DNA of 64,000 nucleotides, from assembly GCA_963730915.1 (NCBI GenBank), contig CAVSTR010000004.1, positions 215,014-279,013 on the forward strand, written 5' to 3'. Positions 30,321-40,686 of the stretch are shown in pieces. The position numbers and the translations under genes were made by a program. Position 1 is the stretch's first letter. Each line of letters opens with the position of its first letter. The notes under the pieces were generated by a model that saw nothing but the letters and a program-made list of their open reading frames with translations, made no database searches and was not told the DNA's origin. The stretch is from an uncultured Gemmatimonadales bacterium (lineage in GTDB: Bacteria > Gemmatimonadota > Gemmatimonadetes > Gemmatimonadales > GWC2-71-9).

Positions 30321-30546
30321 CCCTGGTCAAAACTCCGGTCCAGCTCCCGTCGCGGGGCCTGCCCCCGCGGAATTCGAAGTGCTCATCCACCAGAATGCGG
30401 CGGGTAAACTCCCAGCTGCGCTCATCCTGGAGCCGGTGGCGAAGCACCAGCGGCACCAGCCGTGATGCCGCCATCCATTCCCCCGAAGGCAGTCCCGGAT
30501 ACAAAGACGCCCACTCGGCGCGAAGCCGAGCCTCCCGTACACCCAT
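30307..30546 (-). CDS. small conserved hypothetical protein (79 aa), paralog of 52957..53196
   Basis: Internal Met of ORF 30307..30885: MGVREARLRAEWASLYPGLPSGEWMAA...RILVDEHFEFRGG. It shares REARL..E.A..YP...W and EHFEFRGG with the second copy. Its stop overlaps the gluQ start. Confidence 0.55.
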   Translation of the reverse strand: MGVREARLRAEWASLYPGLPSGEWMAASRLVPLVLRHRLQDERSWEFTRRILVDEHFEFRGGRPRDGSWTGVLTRVEDA

Positions 30547-30684
30547 CTGCGCGCCCCTAGGCTGACCGCGCCACTGTCCGGAGGAGCCGGACGGCTGACC
30601 GGTTTCTTCGCCCCACGTTTGGACGTCGCATGATGCGCTGCAAGGATATATGTCACACAGGAAGGCTCTTACATTGAAAGTAGA

Positions 30685-31479
30685 ATGTCTATCGCAGAAA
30701 TCAGGGTAAACAGCCTCGGTGACCTCATCGACCAGGTCACCCCCACCGAGCCGGACCCCAGAACGGGACGGCGCCGCGATAGCGGCGTCTATCGGGGAGA
30801 CGCGAACGCCTGCTGGCCGCTGCTTACCAGCCTGGACAAGCTGGGGGGCTCCGCTCCGCATTCGAAAGCCGATCTGGAGGAGCACATCCTCCGGAACTTC
30901 ATCCGGTACTCACGGCCTCACTTCACTACTCCACCCATCAACGAGTGGGAGGTATTGGTGGCTGCCCAGCACCACGGGCTCCCCACCCGGCTGCTGGACT
31001 GGACCTACTCACCTCTCGTCGCGGCCCACTTCGCCACCGTTTCCGCTGCGAGCAACGAAGATCGAGTGATCTGGCGACTGGACTGGAAGAGCGTGCACCG
31101 ATTCTTCGGCCTGCCTGAGCTGGCACTCCTGATCGAGGATCTAGAGGGAATCCTGGGCGGAAGCCGGCCGATGACACCCTGGGCGTTCTTCTCCCGAGGG
31201 TCCGACGCCAAGCCGTTCGCCTGCATGTTCGAGCCGCCTTCGCTCAATGCCCGCATCGTTGCCCAGTCTGCCACCTTCACCCTGTGCTCGGACAAGCGGG
31301 TTCCTTTCGACCGCTTCCTCGAGGATCACGGTCTCGGCTCTGCCCTTACGAAGTTTATTGTTCCGGCGGGAGAAGCCGCACGATTTCGCGACCAGCTCGA
31401 CCTCGTGAGTGTGGACGAGCGGCGGCTTTTCCCGGATTTGGACGGTGTTGCGGCTGAAATGAAGCGCTACTACTCCTGA
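30685..31479 (+). CDS. FRG domain-containing protein
   Basis: VYRGDANACWPLLTSL, RNFIRYS, EVLVAAQHHGLPTRLLDWTYSPLVAAHFA, EPPSLNARIVAQSATFT and RLFPDLDG match my memory of the FRG-domain pattern. Confidence 0.7.
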   Translation: MSIAEIRVNSLGDLIDQVTPTEPDPRTGRRRDSGVYRGDANACWPLLTSLDKLGGSAPHSKADLEEHILRNFIRYSRPHFTTPPINEWEVLVAAQHHGLPTRLLDWTYSPLVAAHFATVSAASNEDRVIWRLDWKSVHRFFGLPELALLIEDLEGILGGSRPMTPWAFFSRGSDAKPFACMFEPPSLNARIVAQSATFTLCSDKRVPFDRFLEDHGLGSALTKFIVPAGEAARFRDQLDLVSVDERRLFPDLDGVAAEMKRYYS

Positions 31480-31484
31480 ATCCG

Positions 31485-31865
31485 CTACTGCTGCCCCGCT
31501 GCCCCGCTGGCGCCGCGCCTTCCCGCAAGCCTGGCCTCGGCCCGGTCCGAATCTCCCATCGCCAGCAGAATTTCGTACCTGTCCACTGGGGCATGAACGT
31601 TCCTGACTTCGACGACGTCGCCGGGGCGCCAGCTCGCCGCTACCGGGCGCTGGGGCAGTCGGATCTCCCAAACGCTGCCGTCTTCTAGAGTTACAAAGCT
31701 ACCGCCGTCCGAGACTTCGGTAATGCTCATGCCCAGCGGCAATGTGACGTTGTAGCAGTTCCAGGTGCAGCCGGCGACCCTGGACTGGGACTGGGCCCCA
31801 GCCGTCGCCACGGCAAAACAGGTGAGTACGGTACTCAGCAGCGAAACCGATCGGAGCGTCTTCAC
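31485..31865 (-). CDS. small secreted hypothetical protein
   Basis: ORF 31485..31865 with signal peptide MKTLRSVSLLSTVLTCFAVATAGAQS. No recognisable family. The C-terminal codons run through a CTGCCCCG x2 repeat. Confidence 0.5.
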   Translation of the reverse strand: MKTLRSVSLLSTVLTCFAVATAGAQSQSRVAGCTWNCYNVTLPLGMSITEVSDGGSFVTLEDGSVWEIRLPQRPVAASWRPGDVVEVRNVHAPVDRYEILLAMGDSDRAEARLAGRRGASGAAGQQ

Positions 31866-32028
31866 GGGGGTACCCTCAGGAGGTTTGTTCCTGTAGCATA
31901 CACCCTAAAATGAGGGTCCGCAGTGACCTGGACCGCCCCAGTATCCGCCGGACGGCTTCCAAATCGTGGCCGGTGCGACTAGGATGTGTGCAGCGAAAAC
32001 CTCAATTTCAGGGTACAGGAGACAGATA

Positions 32029-32628
32029 GTGAACCGTCGGGGACCAAAGGTGAAGCTTGCCCGTCAGCTGGGCATTGCGCTCACCCCGAAGGCAGCCAAG
32101 GTGATGGAGAATCGTCCCAATCCACCGGGACAGCATGGCGCAACACCGAGGCGGAAGATCAGCGGCTACAAGAAGCAGCTGATCGAGAAGCAGCGGCTTC
32201 GGGCGCAGTACGACGTCAGCGAAAGACAGATGGAGAACTCCTTCGTCCAGGCCACCAAGCTGACCGGAAACACCGGTGTGCGCCTGCTTCAGCTGCTGGA
32301 GATGCGGCTGGACGCGGTGGTGCTGCGCGGCGGGTTCGTGCGGACCATCTACGCCGCTCGGCAGGCGGTCACGCATGGACACATCCAGGTAAACGGCAAG
32401 AAGGTCGACCGGCCGTCCTATCGTTTGAAGCCGGGTGAAGTGGTCTCGCTGGCGCAGAAGAGCCGGGACATGATCGCGTTCACCGGTCCGCTGGAAGTGG
32501 CCCATCCGCCGGCGTACCTCGAGCTGGATCGGGACGCCCGCAGCATCCGAGTCCGCGAGATGCCGGAGCGGGAGCAGATCCCGATCCAGTGCGAGACCTC
32601 GCTCGTCATCGAGTACTACTCGAGATAG
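32029..32628 (+). CDS. rpsD: 30S ribosomal protein S4
   Basis: From in-frame GTG 32029: VNRRGPKVKLARQLGIALTPKA...NPPGQHG...SGYKKQLIEKQRLRAQY...RLDAVVLRGGFVRTIYAARQAVTHGHIQVNGKKVDRPSYRLKPGEVV (S4 N-domain plus S4 RNA-binding domain). Confidence 0.9.
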   Translation: MNRRGPKVKLARQLGIALTPKAAKVMENRPNPPGQHGATPRRKISGYKKQLIEKQRLRAQYDVSERQMENSFVQATKLTGNTGVRLLQLLEMRLDAVVLRGGFVRTIYAARQAVTHGHIQVNGKKVDRPSYRLKPGEVVSLAQKSRDMIAFTGPLEVAHPPAYLELDRDARSIRVREMPEREQIPIQCETSLVIEYYSR

Positions 32629-32668
32629 CAGCTGGCCTGCCCCAGCGTAGCGAAGGGGCAGCAGAATA

Positions 32669-32707
32669 CAAACCCTCCGGCGAAATGCCGGGGGGTTTCT
32701 TGTTCCC
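32669..32707 (+). terminator. rho-independent terminator after rpsD
   Basis: AAACCCTCCGGC-GAAAT-GCCGGGGGGTTT stem-loop followed by TCTTGTT. Confidence 0.6.
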
Positions 32708-32945
32708 ACAACTCCCAGCCGCGCCAGCCGCAGGTACGATTACATCAGGCGCAGTTTGGCAGCGCTCGGTGGATCGCGAACACGTCATGCGCACCCGCGA
32801 ACATCCCGGCGTCATCCGCGAACGGGTATGTGCACCTGTGAACACGGCAGCCGCATCTGCGGACGCCTCAGGCGCAGATCCGCAGCGCCGGGCGCAACCG
32901 CCATATTCTCAAGTGCATATTGAGAACCGATGCTACTACCTCGCG

Positions 32946-33434
32946 TTACGGGGCCGGTCTGGTCGGCACCCAGCGGTGCACAGACCGAACGTAGCGCTCG
33001 TAACTCTCACCAAAGCGGCGCCGCAGCACCGGTTCCTCATGTAACAGCACGATCATGTTGACGATCATGAACCAGGTGACGGCGTACAGCAGCACCAGAA
33101 GAGACTCGAAGAACGCTGCTTCTCCCAGCATCAGCGTGAAAGCTCCCAGATACATCGGGTTCCGTACGTAGCAATACAGTCCCCCCACCACCAGCTGGGT
33201 GGGCGGATCGATCGGCGCCAGCGTGCCACGCCCGGTCACCATGAATTCCCAGATGCACCGCAGCAGTATCGTGGCACCCGCCAGCGCAGCGATCAGGCCA
33301 ACGATCTGAAGCAGTCCCCAGGGATGATCGATCCGCTCGCCGCTACCCGAGACGATCAGGTAGGGTATCAGCACGGTAACCGTGCCGGGAATGATGATGG
33401 TATAAAGCAGGCTGCGCAGTGCGAGCATCATCAA
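32946..33434 (-). CDS. isoprenylcysteine carboxyl / phospholipid methyltransferase-family membrane protein
   Basis: Polytopic 162 aa with LVVGGLYCYVRNPMYLGAFTLMLGEA, the ICMT/PEMT signature. Confidence 0.7.
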   Translation of the reverse strand: MMMLALRSLLYTIIIPGTVTVLIPYLIVSGSGERIDHPWGLLQIVGLIAALAGATILLRCIWEFMVTGRGTLAPIDPPTQLVVGGLYCYVRNPMYLGAFTLMLGEAAFFESLLVLLYAVTWFMIVNMIVLLHEEPVLRRRFGESYERYVRSVHRWVPTRPAP

Positions 33435-33936
33435 TACCTTCTCGCATCAGATGCTATGATGCAAAGGTGCGAACCCGACTGACTCCCACCTGCATTTCGA
33501 ACCGCAGGCAAGCTAGGGTTTTTCCGACTTGCTGCCGTTCGTGGCACGTGTAGGTAACATGGGCGCCTGCGTATAAAACTAGCGGTCCAAGTTGCCGAGT
33601 GAAATCAGGACGTGCCCCACGAAGAGGCCAGAGGCGGCGAGAAGTGAAGTGCCTACCGGATCCGTCTTTCGAATGGCGACCTCGGAAATCTTCAATGCTA
33701 CGGCGTGGGGGCCCACCCAGGACATGATCGCGGGGGTCGTCTCTCGGTACGGTGAGGGTTTGAGGCGGCACAGTGGCCATACCAGGCGAGACGTGTGTTG
33801 AGCAGCATGGCCAGAACCGCTGTCGGGAGCCCTGCCGAAACTTTCCCGAAAATTGTGATCTGGAGCATATCTCCCGAACACAGGGAGCCCCTACTTTGCC
33901 CCAAGTTTACTCGATGAAATCAAAGGTTCGAACATC

Positions 33937-35763
33937 ATGGCTCGGCTTGCAATTATAGCAGTACCAAGGGTTTTCAATGTAGTACAACCGGTTCTCGTGG
34001 TACTTCTCTCCTTGGCGGGTGTTTCCTGTAGTGGAAGCGATCTTACGCTGCCACTATCAGCGGTTCCCGCTGTTTTGACCATTGTCAAGGGAGATGGCCA
34101 AGCTGGCGCCCCCGGAACCATGCTCCAGGACTCGATCGTCGTGGAGGTGGTTGATAGCTCGGGCAGTCCGTTGGCCGGACTGCGAGTGGAATTCCAACCC
34201 CAGTCTTCCGGCTCTGCAGTCCTGCCCGCCACGTCGATTACCGATGTGAACGGAATTGCCGGAGCACGGTGGGTTCTCGGGATGGCTCCGGGGTCGCAGC
34301 AAGTCATAGCGCGGGTGGTGGGGGCCGAATCGGTTGAGCTTGAAGCACGCTTCACAGCCATCGCCGAAGCGCGCCTGCCGTCGACCCCTGGACTGGTCAT
34401 CGTGACCCAACCAAGTAGCTCGGCGCAAGCCGGGGAAGCGTTCGCCAGCCAGCCCGTAGTCCAAACCCGGGATCCTTCAGGAGGTGACTTGGCGGCCAGC
34501 GGCGTTGCTGTAACGGCAGCCGTCCTGTCGGGCAGTGGCACACTGGTGGGCACCACCGTTCGGTTTACTGACGGTAACGGCAGAGCCGAGTTCTCCGACC
34601 TTCGCGTTGAAGGCGCTGCCGGACCACACCTCCTGATCTTCGCCGCCCCCGGCTACACAACAGCCGTGTCCGAGCCGGTCAACGTCAGTCCTGTCACGGC
34701 AGAGAAGGCGGCTACTACTACACAGATCACGAGCCACGACCCAAATCCGTCGAGTTCAGGCGGGACTGTGCTGGTGCGGTTCAGCGTGAGCTCCGGATGC
34801 AGGAAGTCCGGGGGGAACAGTCACCGTAACAGCGAGTGGAGGCAACGAGACGTGTTCCGGCATCGCCCCATCCGGATCGTGCAGCCTGATCCTCACAGGT
34901 TCCGGCGACCGCATCCTTACTGCTACCTACAATGGTGACGACCGCTTCCTGGGCAGTTCCGCTCAGGTGACGCATACTGTGACGACCAATGGTGGGGGCG
35001 GTGAGGGAGGAGGGGTGGCACTGGAGGGGGTGGCACTGGAGGTGGCGGTACCGGAGGTGGCGGTACCGGAGGTGGTGGCACGGGTGGCGGAGGCACGGGA
35101 GGTGGCGGAGGCGGAAGTGGTGGCGGCGCCAATCTACCGCCAACCGCGATCAGCGATGAGTACCAAACGATCGAAGGAGGGGATCATACCCTCACTGTCA
35201 GCGCTGCCGGCGGGGTATTGCAGAATGATCGCGATCCTGAAGGGGGACGGCTGACTGCTACTTTCGTCAGCGGTCCGTCCAACGGCAGGGTGAGTCTCAA
35301 CGCCGATGGATCGTTCAGCTATACACCCGTGGCCGAGTACTACGGAAGCGACCACTTTACATATAGAGCCAGCGATCAGGCGGGCAATTCAAGCACGGCC
35401 GTGGTCACCATACAAGTCGCTCCGGTGAATGATTCTCCGCGATTCGATGACCGTGGTGACCCCCCGGTTGTCGGGCCCGATGCCGGGCCACAGAGGATTG
35501 AGGGTTGGGCGACGAGCATCGAAGCCGGGGGTCCCAACGAGTCCCACCAGACCGTCACGTTTGTGACCGTGGCTAACAGCAATCCGGACCTGTTCACGTC
35601 CGATGGCCAGCCCGCCGTGACCCGAGACGGTACTCTCACGTACACCCCGTCAGGCCAGACTGGGAGTTCAACGGTCAGCGTTCAGCTGCAAGATGACGGT
35701 GGAACTGAGAATGGTGGCTTCGACACGAGTAGGTTGCACACATTTACTATCCGCATTCAGTGA
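33937..35763 (+). CDS. large surface lipoprotein: Ig-like repeats, (GGGGT)n linker, cadherin-like C-terminal domains; at least 2 frameshifts (near 34797 and 35000)
   Basis: ORF 33937..34938 has a lipobox (LSLAGVSCSG) and Ig-like repeats (IVKGDGQAGAPGTMLQDSIVVEVVDSSGSPLAGLRVEF; VIVTQPSSSAQAGEAFASQPVVQTRD). My re-framing gives TVTVTASGGNETCSG...ATYNGDDRFLGSS and a Gly-rich linker. ORF 35218..35763 follows (LQNDRDPEGGRLTATFVSGPSNGRVSLNADGSFSYTP...VTIQVAPVNDSP). Confidence 0.75.
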
Positions 35764-35863
35764 TGATGGTGATGGGGGTTGGCGCTTCGCCGTAACTTGC
35801 CAAACGCCTCCCAAGAAACGAAGGGCCTCCGACGTGGAGGCCCTTCGTTCTTGTGGCTCACAG

Positions 35864-35904
35864 AGGCACCGGTCGGAATCGAACCGACGAATGGAGGTTT
35901 GCAG
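35864..35904 (-). repeat. partial tRNA-Cys copy 1 (3' half, att-like direct repeat)
   Basis: AGGCACCGGTCGGAATCGAACCGACGAATGGAGGTTTGCAG matches 52691-52732 with one substitution and a 1-nt deletion. It is preceded by the hairpin GGGCCTCCGACGTGGAGGCCC (35823-35843). Confidence 0.75.
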
Positions 35905-36815
35905 TTCTCGGAGGACTTTCGCGGAGCGTTGCGGCCCTTGCGAATTTGTGACGTGAATGGACGGTTAGCTCAACGTAGCACTCCGTAAGCTTTGCAAAGA
36001 TTTGTGTCCTCTCTTGGGGAAATCTTCCCAACACCTTCCCACTCCATCAGCCTAGAAGAGCGATTGCAGGCGCCGAGCGAGAGTTGTGAAACACCTCGGC
36101 AGCTATCAGAGACGAGGTGCCGACGTTAGCGCCACGTAGAGAACGGTTCGGATTGGTTCGTTATGGAGCGCAGTCGATAGCCAGCGCTCTCCATTGCGTG
36201 CAGGATTGTAACTGGCGTTTCCAAACCATTTCAGATACTGCTGGCAGAGTTTCGCTGCAGTCGGGACCGCCAGACGCGCCGAATACCTGCGGTAGGTCTC
36301 ATTAGCTCCTGAACCGAAGTGTTGAGGTGGCCCTCCGGCTGAAGTGGCTACAATGTCCCCTCCTGCGCCGAAGGATCCGTGCTCTCGGCCGGTGGACCAG
36401 TGTACCAGTACCCAGGACCAATGGCCGGCCGCAAACAGAGGGCCTTCCGGAGAACGTTGCAGAGGCTTACGCTAGACATGCTAACTATCTACCACCCCGA
36501 CAAGGCGTGGACCGATTTCATCACCTGCCTAACCTAGAAGCAGCGAGGTCAGGTAACGGGGTCAGGTAACAAGGAAGGCATCATCGAGCTGGCCACTGGC
36601 GATAGCCGGTTGCAACTCGGTGCGCTCAAGTCGCGCCTGCCTGCGGCATAGCGAGAGCTTGCCAGAGGCTGCATGGAAGTCGCGAGTGAGGATTTCATTC
36701 AGAGCTGCCGGGGTGCGAAATGCGGCCACACGGCGGGAGCGAGTCGTCTGGCAATCGTCCTCTCATGCGACGCAATCCTTCGCCCCCCTCAAGAACGACT
36801 GCCTTCGGAGAGGCC

Positions 36816-38797
36816 ATGAGGCTGCCCGGGTCCTGGTCGTGGCAACGCGGCTCCCTGCTTGCAGCCGCGATCTGTGCGTCCGTTGTCACCTGCGCCACGA
36901 CGGCCGCACGGGCCCAGGACTGGCCGGTATTTAGCGGCGACCTTGCGGCCACCCGATACTCGGCAGCGGCCGAGATCACCCGCAGAAATCTCGCTCGGCT
37001 CGAGCTGGCATGGCGGTGGCGGCCGGACGAGGCGCCTGTCCCGCGAACCGACTCGACCCAGCCCGCCGTTCCGGGGGCCTTCGAGTCCACGCCGCTTGCC
37101 ATCGGCGACACGCTGTACGTCGTGACACCCTACAGCTCGGGTCGTCGCGCTCGAGGCGACCGCGGCACTGGAGCTCTGGTCGTACGATCCGGAGGTCTAT
37201 CGGTACCGGCAGTGGGGCCACAGCCGCCGTCGGCAGATCACGCATCGCGGCGTAGCCGCCTGGTCCGACGGCCGCTCCCGTCGGATCTTTCTGAACGCCC
37301 GATGGCGGCTGGTGGCGCTGGACGCGGCCACCGGCCAGCCGGTGCCATCGTTCGGGCGCGGCGGTGACGTGGACCTCACTGAACATCTTTCACGTCTCGT
37401 GCTCTCGTTTTCACTACGGCGGCACGTCGCCGCCCCTGATCGTCGGTGACATCGTCATTGTCGGCAGCAGCGTCGGTGACGATCTCATCGATCCGGATGA
37501 TCCGCCTGGGGACGTGCAGGCGTTCGATGCTCAGGACCGGTCGTCATCTTTGGACATTTCGCACCATACCCCGAGCGGGGGAGCCCGGTGCCGAGTCATG
37601 GCGCGACGGGAGCGAACCGCAGTGCGGGCCATGTCAACGTCTGGGCGCCTATGTCCGCGGATGAGAAGCGCGGTCTGGTGTACCTCCCGGTCAGTGGCGG
37701 TCAGCAACGATTACTATGGAGGCGCTCGCAAAGGCGAAAACCTGTTCGCCGAATCGATCGTCTGCCTCGAGGCACGTACCGGTCGGCGGGCTGGCACTAT
37801 CAGATCGTACATCACGGATCTGTGGGACTACGATCTCGCGTCTGCGCCGTTGCTTGCGACCATCCGTCCGTTCGGAGAGCCGGTCGACGTCGTGGTCGTG
37901 CTGACCAAAACCGGCTACACGTTCGTGTTCGATCGGGTGACCGGCCGGCCGGTCTGGCCCATCGAGGAGCGGCCGTGCCGGCGAGCGACGTGCCCGGGCG
38001 AAGAGGCGTCGCCCACGCAGCCGTTCCCGTGAAGCCTGCGCCGTTCGCCGCCGGGTCGGCTTCGGACCCGAGGACGTGGTGGACTTCACGCCGGAGATCC
38101 GTCGCGTGCCCTCGCGCAACTGCAGTACCGCTGGGGGCCGCTGTTTTTGCCGCCGTCGCTCCGCGGCACGATCACGTCACCCGGCTGGATCGGCGGCGCG
38201 GGGTGGGGAGCGGGGGCGTCTACGATCCGGAGACGGGGACGCTCTACGTGAAGGCGACCAACCGGCCGACGCTGGTTCGTCTCCACAGTCCACCGGCGGC
38301 AGCGGCCGTTACGTCGGCGAGCTGGCCAATCTGTCGGTCTTCGTCCCGGTCGGGCGCGGGCTGTATGCGGGTGGTGGAAGCCGGAGACGCTCGTCAGAAT
38401 ACCGCTCGCCAAGCCGCCCTACGGCACGCTCACGGCGATCGACCTGAACAGCGGCGAGCACCGCTGGCAGGTGACCGTCGGCGACGACAGCGTGGTCCGG
38501 GCCAGCCCGGCGCTGCGCGGGGTGCCGCTCCCGCCGCTGTTGGGCGCCGCGGGCGCGGCCGGGGGCATCGTGACGGCGGGCGGTCTCGTCTTCATCGGCG
38601 GCGGCCACATGCTCTACGCGCTGGACAAGACGACCGGCAAACGCTCTGGGAGGCGCGCGCGGGGGCTTCGGTGCCCTCGCGGGGTGCCGATGACGTACCG
38701 AACGCGCGGTGGAAAGCAGTTCGTGGTGGTGGCGACCGGGCGTCGGGAAAGCAAGGCGGAGCTGGTGGCCTTCGCGCTCAGCGAGCCGCCGCGTTGA
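36816..38797 (+). pseudogene. PQQ-dependent (glucose/quinoprotein-type) dehydrogenase, more than 10 frame switches
   Basis: Signal peptide, then QDWPVFSGDLAATRYSAAAEITRRNLARLELAWRW, the classic PQQ-DH start. The continuation hops between three frames (HYGGTSPPLIVGDIVIVGSSV; HLWTFRTIPRAGEPGAESW; VNVWAPMSADEKRGLVYLPVS; WHYQIVHHDLWDYD-like; VVVLTKTGYTFVFDRVTGRPVWPIEERP; GGLVFIGGGHMLYALDKTTGK; GGKQFVVVATG). Confidence 0.8.
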
Positions 38798-40686
38798 GCA
38801 CGTCGAGCACGTCGGACTGGGACCCGCCGGCACGGGTCCCGCCGCCGGCGAGGTAGATGCGGCCGGCGATCGCGAGCGGAAAGATGCCGTGGCGTGGCAC
38901 CGGAAGGGGCGGCCCGGCGCGCCAGCGACGCATGACCGGGTCGTAAATGTCGACCCGCGCATAGACCCCGTCCGACGTCGCGCCATCGCCATCTTTGGTC
39001 TCGCCGCCGAGCACGTAGAACTCGCCGTCGACATAAACTGCCTTGCCCATGCCGCCGCGGGCCTGCGGGAGCGGCGGGACACCGCTTGCCCGAATCGGCA
39101 CTGGTGGTCCAACTGTCGGTGGCCGGGTCGTAGATCTGGACGTCGGCAAAGCCGTTGGCCACCACGTTGGCATCTCCGCTGCCGGGGCCGCGGCCCCCGA
39201 ATACGTAGAGACGGCGCCCGTCGGTGGCCGACGCCGCGTGGTTGCTGCGGAAGCGGCATCGGTGCCCGCTCGCTCCAGCGCCCCGTCGCGGGATCCAACA
39301 TGGCCATGCGCCCGGTGGTCTCCTGATTGCCGACGATGCCGCCGGCGACGAAGATCTTGCCGTCGATCAGCGCCGAGGCGCTCGAGCCGGCGGCGAACGG
39401 CAGATCGGGACCGAGAGTCCAGCGATCGGCCTCCGGATCGTAGATCTGAGTCTTGCCCGCGGCCGGTCCGACGCCGCCGAACAGATAGAGCTTGCCGTCC
39501 CAGACTTCGGCGGCGTGGTGACTGTCCGGGAACGGGCGCCGCGCGCGCGCCGTCGGCTCGTCCCAGACGCCGAGCGAAAGGTCGTAGGCGAGCGTGAGCG
39601 CCGTTCGCGCGCTGTCCGGTTTCGCCTTGCGGGCGTGGCGGCCTCACCAACGATCAGCAGCCGTCGCCCGACGATGCCGCCGGCGACCTCGCCCAGCGCC
39701 GGGGTAGGCGCGGCCACTGCTCCCACCGGCCCGGCAGGTCAATGAACCGGGTCGTCGTCTGGGGCGTGGCGGAGTTGAGGATCGATCCGTTCGCGACGAC
39801 CAGGCGCCCGCCGAAGACTGCGGCCGCAGGCGCAAGCAGCGCCTCGGGGAGTGGGAGGGAGCGCGAGCCACACGTCGGTCGCCGGATCGTACATCGTGAC
39901 CTCCGCGACGGTCTCCCGCTTCTGCACGTTGCTCCGGCCGCCCACGATGACGATCCGCCCGTTGAACACGAACGTTCCGGGCTCGAAGTGCGAGCGCGGG
40001 ATAGGGCAGGCTGCGCCACTTCGGTCCAGGTATCCGTGCGCCGGGTCGTACCGGTGTACCCGATCGACATCGACCAGCCGAGCTGTCGTGCCCGAACTGG
40101 CCGCCGATCGCATAGATGAAGCCGCCGACCGCCGCGGCTCCAAGCTGCCCCCGCGGCTCCGGCAGCGGCGCGGCCCGTTGCCAAGTTCGTTCCGCCGTCG
40201 AGCTCGAGCACCCAATGATCGGCCGGAGTTGTATGGCGGTCGTCGGCGAAGCCGCCGATATAGTGCAGCCGGCGGCCAAGGCGCACGAGCGCGCCGCCGC
40301 CGCGCGGTGCGGGAAGCGAGGGGCCCCGGGACCATTTCTGGAGTCGGTATCGTAGCGCCAGACCTCGTCGGTGACGGGGGCCGGGGTGGTCTACCCTTGA
40401 AGCCGCCGGCGAGCCACACGACTTCGTCATCCACGACCGCGGGGTTCGCGTGCGTGAGCCCCTCGGGCATCTCACCGACCGTCCGCCACCGGTTGGTGCG
40501 ATGATCGAACGCCTCGACGCTGCGCGTGGCCTTGAGCCGAGGAAGAAAACCGCTGAACAGGTAGAGGTCACTGCCGACCACGGCGGCCGCGCTCTCGACC
40601 CGGCCTACGGTCGATGGCTCGGCGAGGGCGAAGCGGGTATAGCGATCCTCCGGCCGGCAGCCGCATAGCGCTAGGGCCAACAGCAT
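38778..40686 (-). pseudogene. Kelch-repeat (beta-propeller) lipoprotein of about 630 aa, many frame switches
   Basis: MLLALALCGCRPED (lipobox), then repeated Kelch units scattered over three frames (SDLYLFSGF..VEAFDHRTNRW; RLHYIGGFADD; FIYAIGGQFGHD; GRIVIVGGRS..VTMYDPATDVW; KLYLFGGVG..TQIYDPEADRW; KIFVAGGIVG..MAMLDPATGRW; EFYVLGGETKDG..VDIYDPVMRRW; RIYLAGGG). Confidence 0.75.

Noticed and set aside
33454-33936. Small ORFs (33454..33780, 33579..33881, 33592..33801, 33698..33904) in the AT-richer gap before the adhesin
   Set aside because: They are mutually overlapping on both strands, with no motifs or signal peptides. They are left as an unannotated intergenic or possibly degraded region.
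34923-35132. Minus-strand ORF encoding (PPPPV)n
   Set aside because: It is antisense to the Gly-rich linker of the adhesin. The plus-strand frame connects two well-supported domains.
36566-36739. 57-aa minus-strand ORF (VAAFRTPAALNEILTRDFHAASGKLSLCRRQARLERTELQPAIASGQLDDAFLVT) near the start of island segment I
   Set aside because: It reads like real protein, possibly a remnant of an island gene. It is short, family-less and overlaps the PQQ-dehydrogenase upstream region, which is not enough evidence to call it.
37588-38856. 422-aa ORF that looks like the largest gene in the PQQ region
   Set aside because: Only short stretches of it ([45 protein letters not shown]) are genuine PQQ-dehydrogenase sequence. 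The rest is out-of-frame read-through. It is one of three frames of a single frameshifted gene.
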